From Eubacteriales bacterium (lineage in GTDB: Bacteria > Bacillota > Clostridia > Oscillospirales > CAG-272), in the NCBI GenBank assembly GCA_045655565.1, contig JAZOPN010000062.1, positions 10,546 to 74,545 of the forward strand: DNA of 64,000 bases, in the 5' to 3' direction. Numbering within the stretch: position 1 is the first letter of the stretch; every line of letters starts with the position of its first letter. Below, piece after piece: positions 55,465 to 64,000 of the stretch. The translations under genes and the position numbers were made by a program. The notes beneath the pieces were generated by a model. It did not search any database and was not told the origin of the DNA. It was given only the letters and a program-made list of their open reading frames with translations.

Positions 55465-55493
55465 ATTATACCACGGGACAAGTGCGATGTAAA
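55465..55493 (-). promoter_or_regulatory. Promoter candidate for glmM (minus strand) that would give a ~215-nt leader
   Basis: On the minus strand: TTTACA (55493-55488), a 17-nt spacer, then TATAAT (55470-55465). Confidence 0.5.
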
Positions 55494-55707
55494 GAGAAAA
55501 ATATTATGCACATTGCTGAAATACTTTGGTACTTTTATAAGAAAAAACGACCGAAGCGGTTAAAAAGTTAACAAACGCCTTGACTATTTACGCGCCTGTG
55601 TGCTAAAATTTATGAGAGATTGGGTATTGTTACCCATGCTAAGAAGTATTTTTGCCCGGGTGGGCGCGATCTAGTCCGCATAGTGCGGCTGGCAGCAAGG
55701 AGGAATT

Positions 55708-57675
55708 ATGATTATTACAGAGAAGCAATTTTACCTAGAGGAGCTTGATTACAATATTCCCGAGCTTGCTCGTGTTAAGGAGCTATACCTTGCGGGTGAC
55801 ACCGTGGGGGCTGAGGCGGCTTTTGCCGGCTTCTTTAGAAAATCGCTCAATGCGGAGCACTACTTTGCGATGGATGGTGCTGCTGCGGCAGAAAAGAGCA
55901 AGGCAGACCGTGATAGCAAGATAGAGTATGCAGACCGTATATGCCGTGGCATTGTTCGCTCTTGCAAATTTGAGTATGACTACGGTGGGGAGATAGATTG
56001 GAACTTTAACGGTGCGCCGGACGGATATCGCGAGTGGCTCTGGCAGCTTAACCGCCACAGTATATTCAGACAAATCGCCTATGCCTACCTTGAGACCGGG
56101 GACGAGAAGTATGCCGACGCCTTTAATAGACATATGACCGGCTGGATAGCACAGGCGGAGTGTCCGCAATGGCCCGTTCCATACAAAAGCACTGCTGTAC
56201 CCACTTGGCGTACTATATCCGCGGGAATTAGAATGCTCGGAAACTGGCAGTATGCTCTCCACGCCTTCAAGAACTCGCCCAGTATCCCTGACAGAACTTG
56301 GGTGCTTATCGCTATGTCGATATGGGAGCACGGGCAGCTGCTTATGAATAGCCCCACAGCGCTTAACTGGCTTGATATCGAGATGAGCGGACTTCACGCG
56401 CTCTCTACAATACATAGGTTTTATAGACTTAGCGACACCTGGCGCAACTTTGCGATTGACACGATGGCTCGCGAGCTTACTACACAGATATATGATGACG
56501 GCTTCCAGTGCGAGCTGACAACAGGCTATCAGCATGTGGTCATTGTTACATATGGCGGCATATACAGGCTGGCACGGCATTATGGTATGCCCGTTTCGGA
56601 TGAGTATTACAAGGGCTTCAGAAAGCTCTTTACAATGTATCCGAAGCTTATGCGCCCTGATGGTAGAACGCCCTGTACCAACGATGGCGAAAATGTATCT
56701 ATTTCCGACCGTATGCGTGAGGCGCTCGGCTACTACCCCGATGACCCTGAGTTTACCAAGATACTCGAGGGCAGGGTAGGCGAGGTATATCCTCGTGATG
56801 TTGTAATGCCCTATTCGGGTATGATTACTATGCGTACAGGCTGGGGTGAGGATGATGTGTGGCTCTTCTTCGAGTCGGCACCCTTTGGCGCAGGACACCA
56901 GCACGATGATAAATTGAATATCGACCTATTTGCGTACGGTAAGAATTTAATTGATGTAATGGGTAAATTCGCGTATGATGGCTCGCAGATGCGTAGATTG
57001 TGCGTACGCACTCGCGGACACAACACGGGTCTTGTTGATGGCAAAGGACAGAATGCAAGGCCTACGCACACCAAGTGGTCGCCTGAGCAGGTGCATATAA
57101 AGTCCGATCTAGAGGTGAATATCACCGAGGATACAGTGGTAGCCTATGGAAAGTATAACCGTGGTTACGGCGATGAATTAATAGATGTCACCCACGAGAG
57201 AAAGGTTGTATTCTTCCGTCACGGTCTCGGTGGCTCGAAGCCATTCTTCGTGCTTCTTGATACATTCACCGCAGGGGATGACGAAAATCATAAATATGAA
57301 CTATCCTTCCTGCTTTACGATATGCCTCTCACTCTCCGTGGCAGACGCGCGACAGTAGACGCTGGCGATGGTGTAACACTTGAGATTGTGACACACGCGA
57401 CCCTCGCTACTACGACCGCGGCATACTACCCTGAGTATATGGGCTTCCGTCCCTCTGAGGACAGACTTGCCGAGGAGCATATTCCGGCACCTGTTGTCAG
57501 TATTTATGATTATGGCAAGACCTGCCACCTTGCTACGATACTCTATCCGACACCCGATGGCGTAGCACCCCAGATGACGGTTAAGTGTGATGCCGAGAGT
57601 TTCACCGTCACTCTTGATGGCGTGGACTATGCTTTTAATCGCGATGATGACTTCCTAGCGACCGAGAAGGTCTAA
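55708..57675 (+). CDS. Heparinase II/III-like family protein (polysaccharide lyase-like)
   Basis: The N-terminal alpha/alpha-toroid-like block is WLWQLNRHSIFRQIAYAYLETGDEKYADAF. The C-terminal block GHQHDDKLNIDLFAYGKNLIDVMG resembles the heparinase II/III signature GHxHxDxLSF. Confidence 0.7.
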   Translation: MIITEKQFYLEELDYNIPELARVKELYLAGDTVGAEAAFAGFFRKSLNAEHYFAMDGAAAAEKSKADRDSKIEYADRICRGIVRSCKFEYDYGGEIDWNFNGAPDGYREWLWQLNRHSIFRQIAYAYLETGDEKYADAFNRHMTGWIAQAECPQWPVPYKSTAVPTWRTISAGIRMLGNWQYALHAFKNSPSIPDRTWVLIAMSIWEHGQLLMNSPTALNWLDIEMSGLHALSTIHRFYRLSDTWRNFAIDTMARELTTQIYDDGFQCELTTGYQHVVIVTYGGIYRLARHYGMPVSDEYYKGFRKLFTMYPKLMRPDGRTPCTNDGENVSISDRMREALGYYPDDPEFTKILEGRVGEVYPRDVVMPYSGMITMRTGWGEDDVWLFFESAPFGAGHQHDDKLNIDLFAYGKNLIDVMGKFAYDGSQMRRLCVRTRGHNTGLVDGKGQNARPTHTKWSPEQVHIKSDLEVNITEDTVVAYGKYNRGYGDELIDVTHERKVVFFRHGLGGSKPFFVLLDTFTAGDDENHKYELSFLLYDMPLTLRGRRATVDAGDGVTLEIVTHATLATTTAAYYPEYMGFRPSEDRLAEEHIPAPVVSIYDYGKTCHLATILYPTPDGVAPQMTVKCDAESFTVTLDGVDYAFNRDDDFLATEKV

Positions 57676-57696
57676 ATAAGTAAAAGGAATGGATTA

Positions 57697-59793
57697 ATGA
57701 AAATGGAAGAGAAAGCAATGAGTGCAATGGACCCCAAATACGCTCCCCTATTTACTCCGTGGAAGATAGGCAATGTCGAGATAAAGAACAGGATAGTTCT
57801 TTGCCCTATGGGCGGTACATCCCTCTTTGGCTGGATGGAGCATACAGGCAACCATTTTGATAAGGAAGCCGCTAAATTCTTCCTTGAACGAGCTAAGAAT
57901 AATGTCGGTCTTATTATACCCGGCATCGCACCCATCAAGAGCACATTTATGAACCAGTGGCTCTACCAGAACAAGAAAATGTTCGAGGAGCTAAAGGAGT
58001 TTATGACCGAGATACACAAGACGGGGGCAAAGCTCTTCGTGCAGATCACTGCAGGTATGGGACGCTCTTGGGCTATTCCCACACCGCTCGTAATGCTTCA
58101 CAATATGCCCATCGTGCGCGATATCATAAAGCCGATAATCAATATTCCATATCAGTCTGCATCCCCAAGCCCGCTTCCCTCACGCTGGTCGGATAAGGTT
58201 ATGACACGCGCTATAACCAAAAAGGAGATTGCCGAGATTGTAGATGCATTTGCCAAGACTGCGGAGCTTTGTAAATGTGCCGGTGTTGACGGTATTGAGG
58301 TGCACGCGGTGCACGAGGGCTATCTTCTTGACCAGTTCACGCTTCAATACACAAACAAGCGTACAGACGAGTATGGTGGCACTTTCGAGAACCGTTACCG
58401 CTTCGCAACCGATATCGTTAAGGCTATTAAGGCTAAATGCGGTGCTGACTATCCCGTATCTCTACGCTACTCGGTTAGGTCATATGTTAAGGACTTCTGC
58501 GTAGGCGCTGTACCCGGTGAGGAGTTCACTGAGATTGGACGTGATATGGAGGAGTCGATTAAGGCTGCACAGCATCTTGAGGCGGCAGGATATGATATGC
58601 TGAACGCAGATAACGGAACATATGACTCCTGGTATTGGGCGCATCCGCCGATGTATATGCCACAGAACTGTAACCTCGAGGATGTTTCGGCTATCAAGCA
58701 GGTTGTTAATATCCCTGTTGTTTGTGCCGGCCGTATGGAGCCGGATGTCGGTGCTGAGGCAGTTGCAGACGGAAGGATTGACGCGGTTGGTGTTGCTCGT
58801 CAGTTCCTCGCAGACTCCGAGTGGATAACCAAGCTTATCGAGGATAGGCTTGAGGATGTCAGACCCTGCATCTGCTGTCACTCCGGTTGCTTCAATATGT
58901 CGCATTACAAGGGTGTTGCTAACGCACAGTCCATTCACGATGCATCGCATATCGCGCGATGTGCGCTCAACCCCGAGGTAATGCAGTCGGATAAGTATTA
59001 TATTAAGCCTGCTAAGAAAAAGAAGAATATTGCCGTTATCGGTGGAGGTATCGGTGGTATGGAGGCTGCTATCGTGTGCGCTAAGCGTGGCCATGCCGTA
59101 ACCCTTTATGAGAAGTCGAATGAGCTGGGCGGTGTATTCATTGCGGCGGCTGCCCCCTCATTTAAGGAAAAAGACCGCGGACTTATCGCGTGGTATCGCA
59201 GAGAGATAGCTAAGCATCCTGCAATAACCATCAAACTCGGCGTGGAGGTGACCGATATTTCTTCTCTCGGTGCTGATGAGGTTATCGTTGCGACAGGCTC
59301 TGTCGCAAACCGTATTCCCGTGCCCGGAGTTAAGGAGTATGGCATTGAGGCGGTTGACTTCCTGCTCGGCAAGGTCGAGGTTGGCGAGAATGTCGTTATC
59401 GTCGGTGGCGGTCTTACAGGATGTGAGATTGCTTACGAGCTGTATCTCAATGGCAAGAAGCCTGTTATTATCGAAATGCAGAACGACCTCATTGTATCTA
59501 AGTCCATCTGCCTTGCCAATACATCATTCCTGCGCGACTTCTTCGCGGCAAACAATGTTGAGGTACACCTGGAGACCTCTCTTGTTGAGGTGCATGAGAA
59601 TGGCGTAACCGTCAAGAAAAAGGATGGAGAACTAGTTCACATCGAGGCGGACAACATCATTATGTCCACAGGTTATAGGCCCGCCCCCATCACCAAGAAG
59701 CGGAAGCATGTTCATCTTGTCGGCGACTGCCACAAGGTCGGAAATCTCCGCACCGTTATCTGGCAGGCGTGGGATGTAGCGATGAAGCTGTAA
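57697..59793 (+). CDS. OYE-family NADH:flavin oxidoreductase fused to an FAD/NAD(P)-binding domain (2-enoate / 2,4-dienoyl-CoA reductase-like)
   Basis: NRIVLCPMGG and HAVHEGYLLDQF mark the TIM-barrel OYE domain. The Fe-S motif is CICCHSGC. The dinucleotide folds are IAVIGGGIGGMEAA and VVIVGGGLTGCEIA. Confidence 0.85.
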   Translation: MKMEEKAMSAMDPKYAPLFTPWKIGNVEIKNRIVLCPMGGTSLFGWMEHTGNHFDKEAAKFFLERAKNNVGLIIPGIAPIKSTFMNQWLYQNKKMFEELKEFMTEIHKTGAKLFVQITAGMGRSWAIPTPLVMLHNMPIVRDIIKPIINIPYQSASPSPLPSRWSDKVMTRAITKKEIAEIVDAFAKTAELCKCAGVDGIEVHAVHEGYLLDQFTLQYTNKRTDEYGGTFENRYRFATDIVKAIKAKCGADYPVSLRYSVRSYVKDFCVGAVPGEEFTEIGRDMEESIKAAQHLEAAGYDMLNADNGTYDSWYWAHPPMYMPQNCNLEDVSAIKQVVNIPVVCAGRMEPDVGAEAVADGRIDAVGVARQFLADSEWITKLIEDRLEDVRPCICCHSGCFNMSHYKGVANAQSIHDASHIARCALNPEVMQSDKYYIKPAKKKKNIAVIGGGIGGMEAAIVCAKRGHAVTLYEKSNELGGVFIAAAAPSFKEKDRGLIAWYRREIAKHPAITIKLGVEVTDISSLGADEVIVATGSVANRIPVPGVKEYGIEAVDFLLGKVEVGENVVIVGGGLTGCEIAYELYLNGKKPVIIEMQNDLIVSKSICLANTSFLRDFFAANNVEVHLETSLVEVHENGVTVKKKDGELVHIEADNIIMSTGYRPAPITKKRKHVHLVGDCHKVGNLRTVIWQAWDVAMKL

Positions 59794-59859
59794 TGCTTAA
59801 TCGAAAAAATAAAATATCCCAAAAGATAGAGTTTTATAAAGCCTGTTACACGCATAAAA

Positions 59860-59886
59860 ACGCTCCGCGAATTCTTCGCGGAGCGT
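59860..59886. terminator. Bidirectional terminator
   Basis: A 12-bp stem ACGCTCCGCGAA / TTCGCGGAGCGT, flanked by AAAAA upstream and TTTTTAT downstream. Confidence 0.85.
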
Positions 59887-60016
59887 TTTTATCTATAGTA
59901 AAATCATTTGCTTTATAAGGTTATAATAGATGAAAGAAGCATTCGGTGTAACCGATCAAACCTCACAACCTGCCTCTAGGCAAACATAACTGCCCTTATG
60001 GGATTAAGCCTGTGGC

Positions 60017-60997
60017 TTACTCCCATTCAATCGTGCCAACAGGCTTTGGTGTTAGGTCATAGCATACGCGGTTGATACCCTCAACCTCGGCTGTGATACG
60101 ATTTGTAATGTGGTGCAGAATGGCGTAGGGTATCTCCTCTATGGTTGCAGACATAGCGTCGGTGGTGTTCACCGCGCGAATAATAGCCGCCCAGCCCTCA
60201 TAGCGCTTGCCGTCACGCACACCTACCGACTTAAAGTCTGGGATTGCGATAAAATACTGCCATACAGTGCTTGCGAGGCCCGACTTATCAAACTCCTCGC
60301 GAAGAATGGCATCTGCCTCACGCAGTGCCTCTAGCCTGTCGCGAGTGATAGCTCCAAGGCAACGCACGCCAAGACCCGGGCCGGGGAATGGCTGGCGATC
60401 AACCATAGCGTCGGGCAGACCGAGTGCGCGCCCAACCTCTCTTACCTCGTCTTTGTAGAGAAGCTTCACAGGCTCGACCAACTCAAACTGCAGGTCCTCG
60501 GGCAGACCACCGACATTGTGGTGAGCCTTAACACCCTTGGACTCTATAATGTCGGGGTAGATAGTACCCTGTGCGAGGAATTCGATGCCCTCGAGCTTGC
60601 GAGCCTCCTCCTCGAATATTCTGATAAACTCGCCGCCGATAATCTTTCTCTTCTCCTCGGGTGCTGATACACCCTCAAGCTTTGCAAGATATCTATCGGT
60701 AGCATCAATGTAGATGAGGTTTGCGTTGAGCTGCTTCTCGAACACCTCTATAACCGCCTCACTCTCACCCTTTCGCATAAGGCCGTGGTTTACGTGCACG
60801 CATACTAATTGTTTACCAATAGCCTTTATGAGCAGAGCTGCCACAACAGAGGAATCCACACCACCGGATAGCGCGAGAAGCACGCGCTTTGTACCGACCT
60901 GCTCTCTAACCTTGGCAACCTCGACCTCGATAAAGGCCTCTGCTAACTCTCTTGTGTTTATACGAGCCATATTATCTGGCCTTTTGTTTGCATCCAT
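60017..60997 (-). CDS. guaA: GMP synthase ATP-pyrophosphatase plus dimerisation domains only (no glutamine amidotransferase domain)
   Basis: It has the PP-loop LLALSGGVDSSV and the canonical GuaA C-terminus KPVGTIEWE. It is only ~326 aa (start at 60997 after GGAGGG; alternative 61015), against ~510-520 aa for the fused bacterial enzyme. Confidence 0.85.
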   Translation of the reverse strand: MDANKRPDNMARINTRELAEAFIEVEVAKVREQVGTKRVLLALSGGVDSSVVAALLIKAIGKQLVCVHVNHGLMRKGESEAVIEVFEKQLNANLIYIDATDRYLAKLEGVSAPEEKRKIIGGEFIRIFEEEARKLEGIEFLAQGTIYPDIIESKGVKAHHNVGGLPEDLQFELVEPVKLLYKDEVREVGRALGLPDAMVDRQPFPGPGLGVRCLGAITRDRLEALREADAILREEFDKSGLASTVWQYFIAIPDFKSVGVRDGKRYEGWAAIIRAVNTTDAMSATIEEIPYAILHHITNRITAEVEGINRVCYDLTPKPVGTIEWE

Positions 60998-61135
60998 AAC
61001 TAATCCCTCCGTCATTTACAATCAAGATACTACAATTATACAATATAGTCTTGCTATTTACAAGAGAATTTTTTCACAAATATCATTTTTTTTCATAAAA
61101 TGTTGGTGTACAAAATTACAAAAGAGGGTGAAAAA

Positions 61136-61723
61136 ATGCTTGTTATAAAGCCATACCTTAGAGAGCGAGCGGTTGAATATGCGAAAAAATATGCCTTTTC
61201 ACAAAATCCTTTGTTTGGCAATTTCCGTGGCATAGGTGGAAACTGCACAAATTTTGTCAGCCAATCAATTTATGCCGCCGCCTGCGTTATGAACTATACG
61301 CCTACCTTTGGGTGGTATTACATCTCGCTCGATGACCGTTCCCCGTCCTGGACGGGCGTTGACTATTTCTATAACTTTATGACTACAAACAGGGATGTCG
61401 GCCCCTTTGCCACCGATGTGTCACTGGATATGACTGAGGTTGGCGATGTTATACAGCTAGGCAGGAATGATGACGGTTTTTATCACACCCTGTTAATTGT
61501 GGGCTATGACGGTGATGACCCACTTGTTGCGGCACAGACCGATGACGCTCTAAATCGTCCGCTATCCACATATACCTACGACTTCGCAAGATACCTGCAT
61601 ATAAGTGGCGTGCGAATAGAGATAGCCGATCAGCCCGACTGCTTCGAGCGCGTGCTCGCAGGTGAGCCACTATCCACCGACTCACCGTCTGACACCGCCA
61701 ATAGTCAGGACGCCGCGCAATAA
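61136..61723 (+). CDS. Putative amidase-domain protein (Amidase_6-like)
   Basis: The ATG at 61136 follows GAGGG. GGNCTNFVSQSIYAA, SWTGVDYFYNF and GDVIQL...FYHTLLIV match the putative-amidase family as I remember it. Confidence 0.6.
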   Translation: MLVIKPYLRERAVEYAKKYAFSQNPLFGNFRGIGGNCTNFVSQSIYAAACVMNYTPTFGWYYISLDDRSPSWTGVDYFYNFMTTNRDVGPFATDVSLDMTEVGDVIQLGRNDDGFYHTLLIVGYDGDDPLVAAQTDDALNRPLSTYTYDFARYLHISGVRIEIADQPDCFERVLAGEPLSTDSPSDTANSQDAAQ

Positions 61724-62107
61724 AAACCGCTAAGAACTTGACACGGGTGTGGGGATATAGGCTATTCTTGTGAATAAATCAAAAAACGAAGATAAATGGG
61801 GTAGTAGGGTAGCCTAGTGCCTCTTTTGTCATCTTATGTCATTTCCTTTGCATTTTATGAGTAGCCATCGGTTTATATTATGAGGGAGAATGCCTCGCGC
61901 AGAAAAATGACGCAAAAGCTACTTCGATATAAAATATTGCTTAGATCTGTGCTATTTACACAGATATCTGTTGGTTAATATAGTGTAATGCTACAAATAT
62001 TTTTTATATCCTTGTATTTTTTTGCGCGTGTAATAAAATGAAGGTGTTACTGCTAAATAAACAGCATTTGTGCCTTGACGGTTATCCCGTGGCAGAAAGG
62101 AAGTTTT

Positions 62108-64000
62108 ATGAAAAAAAGATTGGTTACGCGAATACTCTGCTTTATTCTCGCCCTAACTATGCTTGTTACAGTGCTCCCTCTTACTGTTTTTGCAGAGGAG
62201 CTGGGTGAAGTAACAGAGGGTACTACTCCGGATATCGAGGGTGATGTGCCCGAGGGCGACGAGGAGGAAGAAATCGACCTCAGTACGGCAGTGGATGTTG
62301 GTTCGCCTTACTCTCTTGAAGCACAGCTTGCAATCGGCACTCCTATCATTCGTATTGTTGGTGATTTCCTTGTAGACAGAACATTCTTTGTCACCTCTGA
62401 TACCATTATCTTTGCTGATGATACACACACGCTAACCCGTGCTGTCGACTTTGGCGGTGATATATTTGTTGTCGGCGAGGACAAGGATGGCGTGCGTAGC
62501 GAGCAGGGCGTGAAGCTCAGTCTCGGCAGTCCGCTCTCCACTGATGCTGACAAGCTGATAATAGACGGCAACAGTGCTGCTATGACGGTTGGCGTTGTGG
62601 GCACGGTGGTATTTGTTGTCGAGCTTTCGCACGCTAATTTTTATCACGGCTTAACGATAAAAAATGCGACAAAGGTTGGCAACGAGAGAGTTCTTGACCA
62701 CACCGTTTCCTATCACTCTCGCGTTGGTGGTGCAATCGCCATACTTGCCAATAAGGCATCGATGAATATCTACGGTGGCTCTTATCTTGACAGCCGAGTA
62801 AATGATATAACCGACTCAAGCACCGAGGATGGAATGGTTTCCTCGTACGGTGGTGCGTTCTATAACTACGGTACGCTGAATGTATACGGCGGTCTTTTTG
62901 AGGCTAACCACGCAGGGCGCGGTGGCGCATTCTACAACTACCGTACACTAAATCTTTATCGCGCCACGATAAATGGCAATACCTCGTCTACCGTTGGTGG
63001 AGCAATCTATGTACCTGCCAGCACCGTTGCCTTTACCTATATCGGCGAAGAAAACGACGTTGTTGAGCCGGAGGTTGTATTCGAGGGCAACAGCGCGAGT
63101 GGCGCAGGTGCAATATATTTCTCTAATATAGGAACAATCAGCAACACCACTTTCCGTGAAAATGTTGCTTCAACAAGTTACGGCGGTGCGCTCCAGCTTC
63201 GTAGTACTACCGTAAAAATCGAGCAATGTAACTTCATTGATAATGCTGCGATTGCATCTCAGGGCGGTGCTATATATGCAACCGGCTCGAATGACAACGA
63301 GGATGAGCGCGAGGTCGAGATTGGCAACACCGTCTTTAGTGGCAACGTGGCAAATAAAAACGGTGGTGTTATCTACATTTCGGGTGGTGCGAGAGTCAAT
63401 ATCTCGGGTGGTAATATGACCGCCAACAAGGCTACTAACGGCGGTGCGGTTTACATAACGTCATCGACAATAAATCTAAACGGTGTCACAATCGACAATA
63501 ATATCGCCTCGGCGTGCGCCGGCGCGGTATATGCAACCGGAGCAACCGCCGATTTGAATGGCGTTACGGTTTCCGGTAACACCACGACGGATAATGGCGG
63601 CGCAATTCTCGCAATTAATGCTTCCACCATAAGAATGAACAAGGTGAATGCCTCTGGCAACAGTACCCCTGAGAGTGGTGGATTTACCTATGTTGAGTCT
63701 GCGCACCTAGAAATTTATAATAGCACCATAACCGGCAACTCTGCAGGAGTACACGGTGGAGCCGTATACCTGTGGTACGGCGCAACAGGGAACATATATG
63801 CTACTACATTCAAAGAGAATACAGCAAATAGCAACGGCGGCGCGCTCGCAACCTACCCTAACGACACCCTTTCTACCCTGGTGCACAGCTGTACCTTTGA
63901 GGCTAACACGGCGGGCAACTACGGCGGCGCAGTATGGTCATCTGGTAAAACACAGATTGAGCTGTATAACACCACAGCAACAAATAACGATGCCGCGTAC
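62108..64000 (+). CDS. Secreted polymorphic-membrane-protein (Pmp)-repeat / right-handed beta-helix protein, 3' end outside the window
   Basis: It is absent from the ORF track because it has no stop inside the window. The frame was checked by hand and is open from the ATG at 62108. The signal peptide is MKKRLVTRILCFILALTMLVTVLPLTVFA. There are more than 15 repeats of GGAIY/GGAVY/GGAFY followed by N-rich turns. Confidence 0.8.
   Translation, partial: MKKRLVTRILCFILALTMLVTVLPLTVFAEELGEVTEGTTPDIEGDVPEGDEEEEIDLSTAVDVGSPYSLEAQLAIGTPIIRIVGDFLVDRTFFVTSDTIIFADDTHTLTRAVDFGGDIFVVGEDKDGVRSEQGVKLSLGSPLSTDADKLIIDGNSAAMTVGVVGTVVFVVELSHANFYHGLTIKNATKVGNERVLDHTVSYHSRVGGAIAILANKASMNIYGGSYLDSRVNDITDSSTEDGMVSSYGGAFYNYGTLNVYGGLFEANHAGRGGAFYNYRTLNLYRATINGNTSSTVGGAIYVPASTVAFTYIGEENDVVEPEVVFEGNSASGAGAIYFSNIGTISNTTFRENVASTSYGGALQLRSTTVKIEQCNFIDNAAIASQGGAIYATGSNDNEDEREVEIGNTVFSGNVANKNGGVIYISGGARVNISGGNMTANKATNGGAVYITSSTINLNGVTIDNNIASACAGAVYATGATADLNGVTVSGNTTTDNGGAILAINASTIRMNKVNASGNSTPESGGFTYVESAHLEIYNSTITGNSAGVHGGAVYLWYGATGNIYATTFKENTANSNGGALATYPNDTLSTLVHSCTFEANTAGNYGGAVWSSGKTQIELYNTTATNNDAAY

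Overview
A 64-kb chromosomal segment that looks like a spore-forming Firmicute of the Clostridia type. That call is inference from dipicolinate synthase dpaA/dpaB, a GerA/SpoVAF-type protein, rubrerythrin and the general gene content. I support about 50 CDS and one tRNA, and I see no rRNA and no CRISPR array. Many long ORFs in the six-frame track are antisense shadows of real genes and were discarded. From 1 to 21.1 kb there are tandem GldG-like ABC-auxiliary genes plus a 1111-aa membrane-anchored protein with an internal duplication. This part also holds two paralogous trigger-factor-like envelope proteins flanking rnhA, dpaAB, a U32 peptidase, a GerA-family gene, an OmpR/His-kinase pair, GNAT genes and a small AbrB/XRE pair. 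From 21.3 to 36.3 kb lies an integrated element of about 14.9 kb. It is visibly richer in A+T (not quantified), all its genes are on one strand, and it is inserted into the 3' end of a tRNA(CAT) gene. It has 23-bp terminal inverted repeats, and its attP and attB can be reconstructed. Its cargo is an AlbA_2/HATPase-like regulator and one tightly coupled type I R-M operon, hsdM-hsdS-[three small ORFs]-hsdR-DUF45 metalloprotease-GIY-YIG protein. Its backbone is a small ORF, an HUH rolling-circle Rep/relaxase-like gene and a large serine recombinase. The best candidate for something new is in that operon. HsdS carries an extra C-terminal domain of about 200 aa that resembles the Panacea/DUF4065 antitoxin domain. 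It is followed by an unrecognised three-gene cassette (a 4-TM protein, a beta-rich soluble protein and a 2-TM protein) that is translationally coupled to hsdR. From 36.4 to 64 kb the content is ordinary housekeeping and envelope genes: SGNH hydrolase, AEC transporter, beta-lactamase-family hydrolase, PC4/YdbC, a GlpA-like three-gene cluster, M16 peptidase, rubrerythrin, LRR lipoprotein, glmM, heparinase II/III-like, OYE-type reductase, a GMP synthase ATP-PPase-only gene, an amidase and a Pmp-repeat beta-helix protein. Several unexplained non-coding structures in this part are reported as findings. All family assignments come from motifs read by eye; no database search was possible.
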